This document shows positions 6,644 to 15,686 of a DNA stretch of 56,580 nucleotides, in pieces. The position numbers and the translations under genes are program-made. Numbering within the stretch: position 1 is the stretch's first letter; each line of letters starts with the position of its first letter. The notes below the pieces were generated by a model, which made no database searches, was not told the origin of the DNA, and saw only the letters and a program-made list of their open reading frames with translations. The DNA comes from a virus (lineage: Duplodnaviria > Caudoviricetes), in the IMG/VR virus record IMGVR_UViG_3300032305_000763, positions 1 through 56,580 of that record, one strand, 5' to 3'.

Positions 6644-6958
6644 ATGAAACAATTTGCAATTATAGTAGATGGAACTGTAGAGAATGTAATTGTTGCTGAC
6701 TCTTTGGAGTCTGCTATTTCTCATACAGGGCTTGACTGTGTAGAAATTACTGAATCTACAGGTCGTCCAAATATTGGCTGTCAATATAGCGATTCTTTAA
6801 ACAAGTTTGCGGAACTGAAACCTTTTACATCTTGGATCTTAAACTCTGAATTTGAATGGAACGCTCCTACAGAATATCCTTCTGATGGTAAATATTATTA
6901 TTGGAATGAGCCTTCTCTAGAATGGCTAGAAGGAAACCAAGCAGCATCTGGTCTATAG
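6644..6958 (+). CDS. Small acidic fibre-associated protein
   Basis: MKQFAII..V.NVIVA, KPFTSW...WNAP..YP..GKYYYWNE. Confidence 0.75.
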   Translation: MKQFAIIVDGTVENVIVADSLESAISHTGLDCVEITESTGRPNIGCQYSDSLNKFAELKPFTSWILNSEFEWNAPTEYPSDGKYYYWNEPSLEWLEGNQAASGL

Positions 6959-7013
6959 TTTATATTTTAAAAATAAACTTGCATAAAAAATAGTCATATG
7001 GTATAGTTGTTTT

Positions 7014-7739
7014 ATGGGGGAAACAATGAAAATAACATTTACAAATACAATTGGCATTCCAGAAGAATACTCTCCAAAACCATCATCTAAATATATTCCA
7101 GATTGGTATAAAAATCTAGAGTCTTATATTGGTGGGGAAAAGAAACCTGCAGGAGATGGAACAACAACAGGAACTATTAAACGCTGTATGCCTGTATTTG
7201 ATGCTATCGATGCTGGGTATATTATTCCTACACCCTGCGATGTTTGGGTAAGGCAAGTTCCTCTTGAAGATGATCCAACAAAAACACAGCCATACTATGA
7301 GTGGGCTAATTTTAGCGTTATCCAGTTTCATCCAATACAGCAAGCACCAGTCCATCCAAATAATAATGGTCACACAAATTCTTATCCTAAGTGGATAAAT
7401 TCTTGGTCAATTAAGACTCCCCCAGGATATTCAGTAGCATTTGTTCAGCCTTGGCATAGAGAGTCTGTATTTACTATCCTTCCAGGAGTTGTTGATACTG
7501 ATACCTATAGCGCTCCAGTAAATTTTCCATTTGTTCTTAATGAGCCAACTACATTTGAAGGTCTTATTTCAGCAGGAACTCCCATGGCTCAAGTTATTCC
7601 ATTTAAGAGAGACTCTTGGGAAATGGAAATTGGAGGGCAAGAAGATTGGGTAAACCAAAATAAGGTAACTAGCCTTCTTAGAACTAAATTCTTTGACTCC
7701 TATAAAACCCAATATAGACAGCCTAAAGAGTATAAGTAA
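7014..7739 (+). CDS. Hypothetical protein (DUF6065-like, possible dUTPase-like fold), independently promoted insertion
   Basis: KRCMPVFDA..GYII, TPPGYS, LPGVVDTD, GTPMAQVIPFKR; TTGCAT...TGGTATAGT promoter; alternative start 7026. Confidence 0.75.
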   Translation: MGETMKITFTNTIGIPEEYSPKPSSKYIPDWYKNLESYIGGEKKPAGDGTTTGTIKRCMPVFDAIDAGYIIPTPCDVWVRQVPLEDDPTKTQPYYEWANFSVIQFHPIQQAPVHPNNNGHTNSYPKWINSWSIKTPPGYSVAFVQPWHRESVFTILPGVVDTDTYSAPVNFPFVLNEPTTFEGLISAGTPMAQVIPFKRDSWEMEIGGQEDWVNQNKVTSLLRTKFFDSYKTQYRQPKEYK

Positions 7740-7812
7740 TCTATGATATAATCAGATTATGATTTTATAGCAATACCCCAAAACCTGCTATAATAAGTAA
7801 CGAGGAGAACCA

Positions 7813-8793
7813 ATGGCAACTTTTAATACAACAGATCCAAAACCAGGATACGTCTATGACGCAGCAGTTGATACTTGGTTTCCACTAGTAGGTATTGCAC
7901 CAGGTTCTTCTGTCTACCGTTGGAGAAAAACAGCAGCAGGATCAGAGACAAGTTTTACTGGCGTAGATGATTTAGGTGCTACTCTTTCATATAATGCGGG
8001 GACTGAACAAGTTTACCTTAATGGAGTATTACTAGTAAGAACAGAAGACTACCTTGCAACAACTGGTACATCTATTACTGGTTTAACTGCCCTTGCCGCT
8101 AGCGATGTAATTGAAGTTATTTCATTTAATGCAACTAACATTCAAGTTACAGACGCTCTTCTAGAAACTGATATTAATGCAAAAGGTGATTTAATTGTAG
8201 GTGCTGCTGTAGATACCGCAACAATTTTAGCATCAGGAACAAATGGTCAAGTATTAAAGGTTAACACAGCAACTACATCTGGACTTGAGTGGGGATCAGA
8301 TTCAACATATGCTCAACCAACTCTTGGTTCAACAGCAATTACATCTGGAGCAACAGTTACAAACATTGCAAACCTAACTGTAACAAAACCAATTTTAGTA
8401 GCACCAATGGAAAGAACATCAGTTTCTACATCTGCTGCAACTGGCACGGTAACAATCAATGTCAACACAGCATCAACACTATATATAACAGCATCATCAA
8501 CAAGCAACTGGGTATTAAATGTTCAAGCAGATGCAACACCAACAACTCTTAACTCTATTATGACTACTGGAGATGCGATTACAGTGGCATTCCTTGCAAC
8601 ACAGGGTGCAACAGCATATTACAATACATCAGTTCAAATTGATGGAACTACATCTGGTGTTACAGTAGAGTGGCAAGGCGGAACTGCTCCAGCAGCAGGA
8701 AACGTAAGCGGTATTGATGCATATGTTTATAACATTATCAAAACAGCATCTGCAACCTATACAGTACTAGCAAGTCAAACAAAGTTTGCGTAA
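7813..8793 (+). CDS. Tail-fibre/adaptor protein (cassette 2)
   Basis: VYLNGVLL, AKGDLIVG, C-terminal WQGGTAPAAGN..IDAYVYNIIKT. Confidence 0.8.
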   Translation: MATFNTTDPKPGYVYDAAVDTWFPLVGIAPGSSVYRWRKTAAGSETSFTGVDDLGATLSYNAGTEQVYLNGVLLVRTEDYLATTGTSITGLTALAASDVIEVISFNATNIQVTDALLETDINAKGDLIVGAAVDTATILASGTNGQVLKVNTATTSGLEWGSDSTYAQPTLGSTAITSGATVTNIANLTVTKPILVAPMERTSVSTSAATGTVTINVNTASTLYITASSTSNWVLNVQADATPTTLNSIMTTGDAITVAFLATQGATAYYNTSVQIDGTTSGVTVEWQGGTAPAAGNVSGIDAYVYNIIKTASATYTVLASQTKFA

Positions 8794-8802
8794 GGAGTTC
8801 TA

Positions 8803-9408
8803 GTGAGTCCAATACTAGAATCCATAGGGTCGGTTAAAGGGTTTGGTTGGGGTGCTTTATTAGCATCTACAGCATTTGAATCTATTGCAACTGTAACTTT
8901 GTCAACTGACGCATCTATAGCAACTTTTAGTTCTATTCCATCAACATTTAAGCATTTGCAAATTAGATGTATGTCTAAACCAGCAAGCGGTGTAACTTCT
9001 TATGGTTATGCATGGATGAAATTAAATGAAACTGCTGGCTACTCAAATCATAGTATTAGTGGAAATGGTTCTAGCGCTTCTGCTGCTGGTGCTACAGGGA
9101 ATTCATTTGCTGAAATTAGAGGCGGAATGCCATATACTGGCGCTGTAGGCACTAACATCTTTGGAGTAGCCATAATTGATATTATTGATTATGCAAGCAC
9201 AACAAAAAACAAAACAATCCGATCTTTTGCAGGATGGGATGGTAATGGAGCAGCAGGGGGAAATGATGGCGTTGTTGGCTTACACTCTAGTCTAGCAACT
9301 GGAATAACAACAACCGCTGTTTCTTCAGTAAGTATGTATTGTTACGCTTCAGGAGCAAATTTTCTTGCAGGGTCAACATTTGCTTTATACGGAATTAAGG
9401 GGGCATAG
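8803..9408 (+). CDS. Fibre-tip paralog A (IAT.TL...FSSIP.T...LYGIK family)
   Basis: Motifs shared with the next two ORFs; GTG start with SD AGGAG. Confidence 0.8.
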   Translation: MSPILESIGSVKGFGWGALLASTAFESIATVTLSTDASIATFSSIPSTFKHLQIRCMSKPASGVTSYGYAWMKLNETAGYSNHSISGNGSSASAAGATGNSFAEIRGGMPYTGAVGTNIFGVAIIDIIDYASTTKNKTIRSFAGWDGNGAAGGNDGVVGLHSSLATGITTTAVSSVSMYCYASGANFLAGSTFALYGIKGA

Positions 9409-9411
9409 ACA

Positions 9412-9912
9412 ATGGCAGCAGGACCAACATACGAGCCAATTGCTACCACGACTTTAGGTAGTGCAGCAAGCACAATAACTTTGTCTAGCATACCCGCAAC
9501 TTACACAGATCTAAAAATTGTGTTGGCTAACGTTTTTACGTCTTATGCTTTAGATACAGTTAAAATTCAATTTAACGGCGATACTGCTACAAATTATTCA
9601 GCGACAGCGTTAATGGGTGATGGCGCTACTGCTCAAAGTTCAAGACAAACTAGCGTCAACAGCGGGTTGCTTGGTCGAGCAGGTTACCAATCTACACGCC
9701 CTTCAATGATTATTGCTGACATCTTCTCTTATGCAGGTTCAACCTACAAGACTTATCTATCTGACTCTGCTGCTGACCAAAATGGTTCAGGTGAAGTTTT
9801 GCGCCACGTTGGTCTATGGCGTTCAACTGCTGCAATTACTTCTATTACTTTAATGAACGTCACCTTTCAAGCAGGTGCGGTCGTCTCTCTGTATGGGATA
9901 AAAAATGCCTAA
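9412..9912 (+). CDS. Fibre-tip paralog B
   Basis: YEPIATTTL...SIPATYTDL...W.STAAITSI...LYGIK. Confidence 0.8.
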   Translation: MAAGPTYEPIATTTLGSAASTITLSSIPATYTDLKIVLANVFTSYALDTVKIQFNGDTATNYSATALMGDGATAQSSRQTSVNSGLLGRAGYQSTRPSMIIADIFSYAGSTYKTYLSDSAADQNGSGEVLRHVGLWRSTAAITSITLMNVTFQAGAVVSLYGIKNA

Positions 9913-10420
9913 TACCTACACACTCATTTCATCCAATGTCCTTGCCAGTTCTGCTGCATCTGTTACCTTCTCGGCGATACCTGCTACCTATACGGATTTG
10001 GTGTTGCGTTATTCTGCTAGGTGTGATGCCGCAGTTACAGAAAGATTGGCTTACATAGAATTAAATGCAACTGCTTCGGGTATTAGTGAAACTTATTTGA
10101 TGGGTGATGGTGCAAGTGCTACTTCTGCTAGAGCAACATCTCAACCCTTTATAGGATATTTGAGAGTTCCAGGAACAAGCGGTACTGCAAGCACCTTTAG
10201 CAGTGGTGAGTTTTATATTCCTTCTTATACTGTCAGTCAAAATAAACCAATGTCTGTATTTGATGTAACAGAAAGAAATAATACTACTGCTTATATTTTG
10301 GCAGAAGCAGTATTATGGTCAAACTCAGCCGCTATAACTCAAATTAAATTTGGCTTAGATGGTTCAGGTTCACTTGTATCAGGCTCATCATTTTATCTAT
10401 ACGGAATCAAGAATACTTAA
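9905..10420 (+). CDS. Fibre-tip paralog C
   Basis: YTLISS..L...IPATYTDL...WSNSAAITQI...LYGIK. Confidence 0.8.
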   Translation: MPNTYTLISSNVLASSAASVTFSAIPATYTDLVLRYSARCDAAVTERLAYIELNATASGISETYLMGDGASATSARATSQPFIGYLRVPGTSGTASTFSSGEFYIPSYTVSQNKPMSVFDVTERNNTTAYILAEAVLWSNSAAITQIKFGLDGSGSLVSGSSFYLYGIKNT

Positions 10421-10435
10421 GGAAAGGAGAAAACT

Positions 10436-10669
10436 ATGTCAGAAACATTAACAGCAGTTGAAGTTAACTGCACAACAGGAGAAGTGACAGAACGTCCACT
10501 TACTGCTGAAGAAATCTCACAGCGTGAGGCAGATGCAGCAGCATTTGCTATTGCAGAAGCAGAGCGTGAAGCAGAAGCCACAGCAGCAGCAGAGGCAAAA
10601 GCCAGCGGTATTGCAAAACTACTAGCACTAGGATTAACTGAATCAGAAGCAAACGCTTTAATCAAGTAA
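10436..10669 (+). CDS. Small helical fibre-associated/chaperone-like protein
   Basis: EVNCTTGE..ER.LT.EE...KLLALGLTE.E; SD AGGAG. Confidence 0.75.
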   Translation: MSETLTAVEVNCTTGEVTERPLTAEEISQREADAAAFAIAEAEREAEATAAAEAKASGIAKLLALGLTESEANALIK

Positions 10670-10705
10670 TCTGCTATAATAGCATAAGGAATGATAGGAG
10701 CATAA

Positions 10706-11266
10706 GTGACTAAAGCAAGAACGAACGCCGATAACGTTACCGCTGATATTGCGGGTATTACAGCCTCGACAGGATTAACAGGTGGCGGTACAAGCGGAAC
10801 CGTAACCTTAGCAATTGATACAGCAACAACTGTAGATTTAGCAACTGCCCAAAATCTTTCAAACAAGGTATTGATTGCTCCAGAAGAGCGCACAACTGTG
10901 TCTACATCTGCTGCTACAGCAACTACTCAGTTTGACGCTGATACTCAAGGGGTATTATATTTAACAGGATCTAATACTAGTAACTGGACTCTTAATGTAA
11001 GAGGATCTGGTTCCACTACCCTGGCTTCTAAACTAGCCGTTGGTGATTCAATGTCAATTATTTTTATGACAACAAATGGTGCTACACCCTACAGACATAC
11101 TGCATTAACAATTGATGGCAATGCACAAACAGTAAACTGGTCAGGTGGCACAGCCCCTGCTGCAGGAAATGCCTCTTCAGTTGACGCCTACTCATTTACA
11201 ATTTTTAAAACAGCAGCAACACCTACCTACACCGTATTTGGTGCGGGACCAGTGAAGTACGCATAA
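10706..11266 (+). CDS. Fibre adaptor protein (cassette 3)
   Basis: MTKAR start, AGTGLTGGG-like segment, C-terminal WSGGTAPAAGNASSVDAYSFTIFKT. Confidence 0.8.
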   Translation: MTKARTNADNVTADIAGITASTGLTGGGTSGTVTLAIDTATTVDLATAQNLSNKVLIAPEERTTVSTSAATATTQFDADTQGVLYLTGSNTSNWTLNVRGSGSTTLASKLAVGDSMSIIFMTTNGATPYRHTALTIDGNAQTVNWSGGTAPAAGNASSVDAYSFTIFKTAATPTYTVFGAGPVKYA

Positions 11267-11275
11267 GGAGACATA

Positions 11276-12070
11276 ATGCCATTAATGAACCTAGTATCTG
11301 CAGGTGGAATTGGTAAGGCTACTGTAACAGGTACGACTGGTTCTCCTAGTATTGATTCATCTACTCGTGCTGGTAAGACTATTTACAGATTTACTGGATC
11401 TGGTTCTATTACTATTGGAACTGCTGGAACAGCAGAAGTTTTAATTGTTGGTGGTGGCGGTAGTTTTCCATCGGGTTTTACTTCTGGTGGCGGTGGTGGT
11501 GGTGGTTATGTATATGATACTTCTGCAATTCTTCCATCAGGAACTTTGACTGTTACTGTTGGAGGTGGCGGTGGCGGCACTACAACAAGCGCTTTGCCAG
11601 GAGAGCCATCAGCGATTGGAATTTTACCTCTTGGTTATCTTGCTCTTGGGGGAGGTGCTGGTGGTTATAGTAATACTGGTCGGGCTGGTGGTTCAGGTGG
11701 TGGTGGCGCCGGTGTCAGTAACAATACGGGCGGAAGTTCACAGTTAAGCCAAGGTTTTTCTGGGGGTCTTGGAAATGATACAGGAAATTCACGAGGCGGC
11801 GGTGGCGGTGGAGCAGGTGGTGTTGGCAGCAACTCAAACGGAACTATTGGGGGAAATGGTGGCATTGGCGCTACTAATTCTATTACTGGCACATCAACGG
11901 TGTATGCTGGTGGAGGAAACGCATACCAGGCTACAGGCGGGGGAAGTGGCGGTGGCGGAACATCAGCAAGCCCTAATGGAACAGCAAACACAGGCGGTGG
12001 CGGTGGCTCTAATGCTTCTTATGCCGCAAGCAGTGGCGGTTCAGGCGTAGTAGTAGTGGTGATTGGATAA
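11276..12070 (+). CDS. Glycine-rich putative adhesin
   Basis: IYRFTGSGS...VLIVGGGG...NTGGGGG...GGSGVVVV. Confidence 0.8.
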   Translation: MPLMNLVSAGGIGKATVTGTTGSPSIDSSTRAGKTIYRFTGSGSITIGTAGTAEVLIVGGGGSFPSGFTSGGGGGGGYVYDTSAILPSGTLTVTVGGGGGGTTTSALPGEPSAIGILPLGYLALGGGAGGYSNTGRAGGSGGGGAGVSNNTGGSSQLSQGFSGGLGNDTGNSRGGGGGGAGGVGSNSNGTIGGNGGIGATNSITGTSTVYAGGGNAYQATGGGSGGGGTSASPNGTANTGGGGGSNASYAASSGGSGVVVVVIG

Positions 12071-12072
12071 TT

Positions 12073-12336
12073 ATGGCACACTTTGCAAGAGTAGAAGATA
12101 ACATTGTTAGACAAGTTATTGCAGTTAATAACGAAGTTTTAGAAAACAAAGAGTTTCCAGAATCAGAAACTATAGGGATTGCATTTTGCAAGTCGCTTTA
12201 TGGTGAAGACACAGAGTGGTTACAAACCTCATATAACTCAAACTTTAGAGGAACATACGCAGGATCAGGAATGACCTATGATCCAGTATTAGATATTTTC
12301 ACATATCCAACGGTAACGGAGGAAGTACCAGAGTAA
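12073..12336 (+). CDS. Small acidic MAHFA-type fibre-associated protein
   Basis: MAHFA...WLQTSYN..FRG.YAG.G.TYD...D.F. Confidence 0.8.
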   Translation: MAHFARVEDNIVRQVIAVNNEVLENKEFPESETIGIAFCKSLYGEDTEWLQTSYNSNFRGTYAGSGMTYDPVLDIFTYPTVTEEVPE

Positions 12337-12355
12337 AATCTGTTATAATAACACT

Positions 12356-13009
12356 ATGGCAATTACATTCGATAATGATGGCAAACCAGCATATATGTTC
12401 AAGCAGGGGGCTTCGTCCTCTGATGGAGTATGGTATGCAGTAGGGGCTAAAGTTGATACTTCTGCTGCTTATGAATTTACTGGAGCCAATAGTTTTACAA
12501 ATACCGTTTTATTTGACGATACAGTTACTGCTACTGCAGGTTGGAATAACTTCCTAAACCCAGCAGCAAGAGACGCAGCATTGGCTACACCAGTAAGAGG
12601 AACAATTTGTTTTGTTCGTCAAGATGCAGGTGGAGCAGCACTAAACCAAATTCAATCATATGATGGATCTGCTTGGGTAGCAAGTGGAGACGTTTTTGGA
12701 GTTACAGCAGGAACAGGTATTTCTGGCGGGGGAACATCAGGAACAGTAACATTATCAGTAGATACTACAGTAGTAGCAACTACAAGCAATACTCTTACAA
12801 TGAGCGGTAAAACTTTAACAACACCAACTATTAATGGTGCTACTATCTCTGGAGCATTTACATCAACTGCTACAGTTTCAGGAGGCACTTATTCTGCTCC
12901 AACACTATCTGGAACAGTAACTGCATCAGGAGATATTAATCTATCTGCTGCAGGTGGACCAGGAAGCGTAATTGACGAACTAACATTGCTCCTTATGGGC
13001 GCAATCTAA
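12356..13009 (+). CDS. Fibre/adaptor protein (cassette 4)
   Basis: ARDAAL..P..G, YDGSAW, AGTGISGGGTSGTVTL; leaderless from TGTTATAAT. Confidence 0.8.
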   Translation: MAITFDNDGKPAYMFKQGASSSDGVWYAVGAKVDTSAAYEFTGANSFTNTVLFDDTVTATAGWNNFLNPAARDAALATPVRGTICFVRQDAGGAALNQIQSYDGSAWVASGDVFGVTAGTGISGGGTSGTVTLSVDTTVVATTSNTLTMSGKTLTTPTINGATISGAFTSTATVSGGTYSAPTLSGTVTASGDINLSAAGGPGSVIDELTLLLMGAI

Positions 13010-13026
13010 ACGAGAGGTAGTAACTA

Positions 13027-13329
13027 ATGGCTACATTAACAAAGGTCCTTGCTCGTACAGCAGCAGCGACATCAAGCACAACACTATATACAGTACCTGC
13101 TTCAACTACAACAGTAGTAAGCAACATTGTTGTTACTAACACTGCAGGAACTGCAGGAACTTTTTCTCTATTGCTAGATGATGTATCACTTCATACAACA
13201 GCAGCAATCGCAGCAAATGCAACAGTATATATTGATCTTAAGCAAGTTCTTGCTACAACTAAGACTATTAAAGGTCTTGCATCAGCAACAACAATTAACT
13301 TTCATATTAGCGGAGTGGAGATTTCCTAA
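13027..13329 (+). CDS. Small beta-rich virion protein
   Basis: TTLYTVPASTTTVV.NI...NFHISGVEI. Confidence 0.8.
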   Translation: MATLTKVLARTAAATSSTTLYTVPASTTTVVSNIVVTNTAGTAGTFSLLLDDVSLHTTAAIAANATVYIDLKQVLATTKTIKGLASATTINFHISGVEIS

Positions 13330-14015
13330 TGGGTCTATCAGTATTTCCTGAATCAAGTGGTGCATCTTACACAGCAGTATCCCCATCTTTAAGGGCTACA
13401 TATACAACTACAACAAATAGCATTACTTACAGTGGAGTCAATGCTGCTTTAGTTATTGCAGCAGGCGGCGGAGGCGGCGGAGGCGGCGGTGCTTCAACTG
13501 GATATGGTGGCGGCTCTGGCAGTTCATATGGAGCAGGCGGTGGTGGTGGTGGCGGTGCTGGTGCAATTTTTGTTGGAACTATGGTTCCTCCTCCAAGTAG
13601 CGTAACAATTGGTGCTGCTGGCAATGGTGGAACTGCCCCTGGCAATAGCGGTTCCAACGGTGGTGCTGGTAATGCAGGTGGATCAACAATACTTTCTGGA
13701 AATATCACTTTGGTTGGTGGTAGCGCTGGTAATGGCGGTAGTACTGCTGGCGCCGGCGGCAACACGGCTAACGCTAACGCTGGAGGAACTGGTGGAACTA
13801 GTGGTGGTGCAAGTGGATGGATTCAGGGAACTGCAACTGCTGGATCAAGCGCTGCTGGTACAACTGGACCAGCAGGTGTTGGAGCCAGCGGATATACTAA
13901 TTATGGAAAAGGTGGCAATGGTGGCACGGGGGGTCCTGGTGGATATAGAGAAGATGTTGGTGCTGGAAGTGTTGGTTCCGCTGGCGGAGCAGGAGTTTTA
14001 CTTGTCCACTACTAA
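13329..14015 (+). CDS. Glycine-rich putative adhesin
   Basis: MGLSVFP start; multiple poly-Gly runs. Confidence 0.8.
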   Translation: MGLSVFPESSGASYTAVSPSLRATYTTTTNSITYSGVNAALVIAAGGGGGGGGGASTGYGGGSGSSYGAGGGGGGGAGAIFVGTMVPPPSSVTIGAAGNGGTAPGNSGSNGGAGNAGGSTILSGNITLVGGSAGNGGSTAGAGGNTANANAGGTGGTSGGASGWIQGTATAGSSAAGTTGPAGVGASGYTNYGKGGNGGTGGPGGYREDVGAGSVGSAGGAGVLLVHY

Positions 14016-14187
14016 TGCTATTAAATCATTTTTAGTAATTAAAGATGACATAATTACTGATTGTTGGATTGCTGATTCAAAAGAAGAGGCTCAGTTAGAC
14101 AATCCTGGTTGTCTCATTGTAGAAATGGATGAACCAAATAAATTTTGGGAAATGGGTTCTAAATATGAAGGAGAAAAACATGCCTAA
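14014..14187 (+). pseudogene. Small fibre-associated ORF whose ATG is out of frame (expected MAIKSFLVIKDD...)
   Basis: Coding-like frame AIKSFLVIKDDIITDCWIADSKEEAQ... lacks an in-frame ATG; TAATG at 14013-14017 is shifted by 1 nt. Confidence 0.5.
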
Positions 14188-14380
14188 TTTTGCAGTTATT
14201 AATAATGAAAATATTGTTGTAAATGTTATTGTTGCTGAGACAAAACAAGATGCTGAAGAGGCTACTTCTATGAATTGTATTCAGTCAGATTCTGCTTTTA
14301 TTGGAGCAGAATATAAAGAAGAAACACAAAGTTTTATTGATCCAAACTATGTAGAACCTGTAGAAGAAGAAACACCATAA
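14180..14380 (+). CDS. Small acidic fibre-associated protein (MPNFAVI...), start revised
   Basis: SD AAGGAG; similar to the N-terminus of 6644-6958. Confidence 0.8.
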   Translation: MPNFAVINNENIVVNVIVAETKQDAEEATSMNCIQSDSAFIGAEYKEETQSFIDPNYVEPVEEETP

Positions 14381-14391
14381 CATTTAATTAT

Positions 14392-14433
14392 AAAAAAAAT
14401 AACCCCCAAGGATTTTTCCAAGGGGGTATTTTT
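14392..14433. terminator. Bidirectional intrinsic terminator
   Basis: A8-TAACCCCC...GGGGGTA-T5 between convergent genes. Confidence 0.8.
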
Positions 14434-14444
14434 ATATTAAATTT

Positions 14445-14996
14445 TTACAATTTACATGGATATTTGTTGTACCATTCCTGATACCGTTTCCCATTGAGGG
14501 ATGACCATGATGACCAATCTGTTCCGCTTTTTGTCATGTGAAGCGCCACCTGTGCATTTGTAACTGGGTTAAATAACTCAGCATTTGACCTTAAGTCAAA
14601 CTTATCTCTGCGATCTGGACCTAACTCACCTATCATGTTTATTTGAAACATTCCGTATGAACTATCTCCAGTTTTTAGATTGCCATTAAATGCAAGTGGG
14701 CGTCCGTTGGATTCAGCCTTAGCGACTGCACAAGCAGATCGTAAAGCCCTTCCTTCAAACCCTACAGCCTTTAATAATTCAATCAACTGCCCATCACTTA
14801 GATTATGAGCATTTTCGTACTTATCTAATGTTTTCTCCTTAGAAACCAAAAAAGCCCCTTTGAGGGCTGCTTCAGATTCCTGCGTAGTTTTTATTAGAGT
14901 TTTAGTTTCAAGAGCATTAGCGGCGTTGCTTAAAGGTGCAAACAACCCAACTAGTGCTATCAAACCTAACCATATTCCTTTATTCTTTTCTCTCAT
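14445..14996 (-). CDS. Exported lysozyme-like/lytic transglycosylase with N-terminal signal peptide or anchor
   Basis: A.AESNG catalytic Glu, GD.SYG.FQIN, LFNPVTNA, W..W motifs. Confidence 0.85.
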   Translation of the reverse strand: MREKNKGIWLGLIALVGLFAPLSNAANALETKTLIKTTQESEAALKGAFLVSKEKTLDKYENAHNLSDGQLIELLKAVGFEGRALRSACAVAKAESNGRPLAFNGNLKTGDSSYGMFQINMIGELGPDRRDKFDLRSNAELFNPVTNAQVALHMTKSGTDWSSWSSLNGKRYQEWYNKYPCKL

Positions 14997-15143
14997 TGTA
15001 AATTACCTCCTAGAGCAAAATTGCTACCCTTCGGTAGCCTTAGTCTAATTGTAGCACGAATTTGTCATCAAAAGCAAGTTTAGATGATATTTTATTTAAT
15101 TTCTTATAATCATACGCTAGGAAGTGGTATAATAATAAATACT

Positions 15144-15686
15144 ATGGCTACTGGTGCAACTAATACTTATGATTTACCATACCCGCTTTTATCTGACCCT
15201 GTAAATGTACACGGGGATATTCAGTCATTAGCAGAACAAATTGAATTAATCCTTCCAAGTTTAGGATTGCCTTATGTTGCACATGAAGTTAAAAATTCTA
15301 GCGGGGCATTAATTACAAAAGGTGATCCAGTATATGCAACAGGATATTCAACCAAGACTACAGTTGCAAAGTCTGTTTCTGGAACACTAGCAACATTTCC
15401 AGTTATTGGTTTAGCACAAACAAATATTACAAATGGAAGCGATGGAGTTATTATTGTTTCTGGTATTTTTGCAGGCACTGCTGACATTCCATTAAACACA
15501 TCTTCATATACCGCTGGTAATATACTTTATGTAGGAAGTTCTGGAGGTCTTACGGCAACACAGCCAGCAGGTGGTTCAGGGGCTGTAGGAGTTGTTTTAA
15601 GGTCAAATGCATCGCTAGGTGTCATAATGGTTGGACAACCAAAAGGTAACGGAACTTGGGGATCAATGAAAGCAGGTTTGGCATAA
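15144..15686 (+). CDS. Virion decoration/fibre-like protein, start revised to MATGAT
   Basis: YDLPYP, KGDPVY...VIGLA...G.IIVSG, LYVG..GGLT; TGGTATAAT upstream. Confidence 0.75.
   Translation: MATGATNTYDLPYPLLSDPVNVHGDIQSLAEQIELILPSLGLPYVAHEVKNSSGALITKGDPVYATGYSTKTTVAKSVSGTLATFPVIGLAQTNITNGSDGVIIVSGIFAGTADIPLNTSSYTAGNILYVGSSGGLTATQPAGGSGAVGVVLRSNASLGVIMVGQPKGNGTWGSMKAGLA

Noticed and set aside
13609-14013. N-terminal 135 aa of the 192-aa ORF 13609-14187
   Set aside because: Off-frame read of the Gly-rich gene; only the part after 14014 looks coding.
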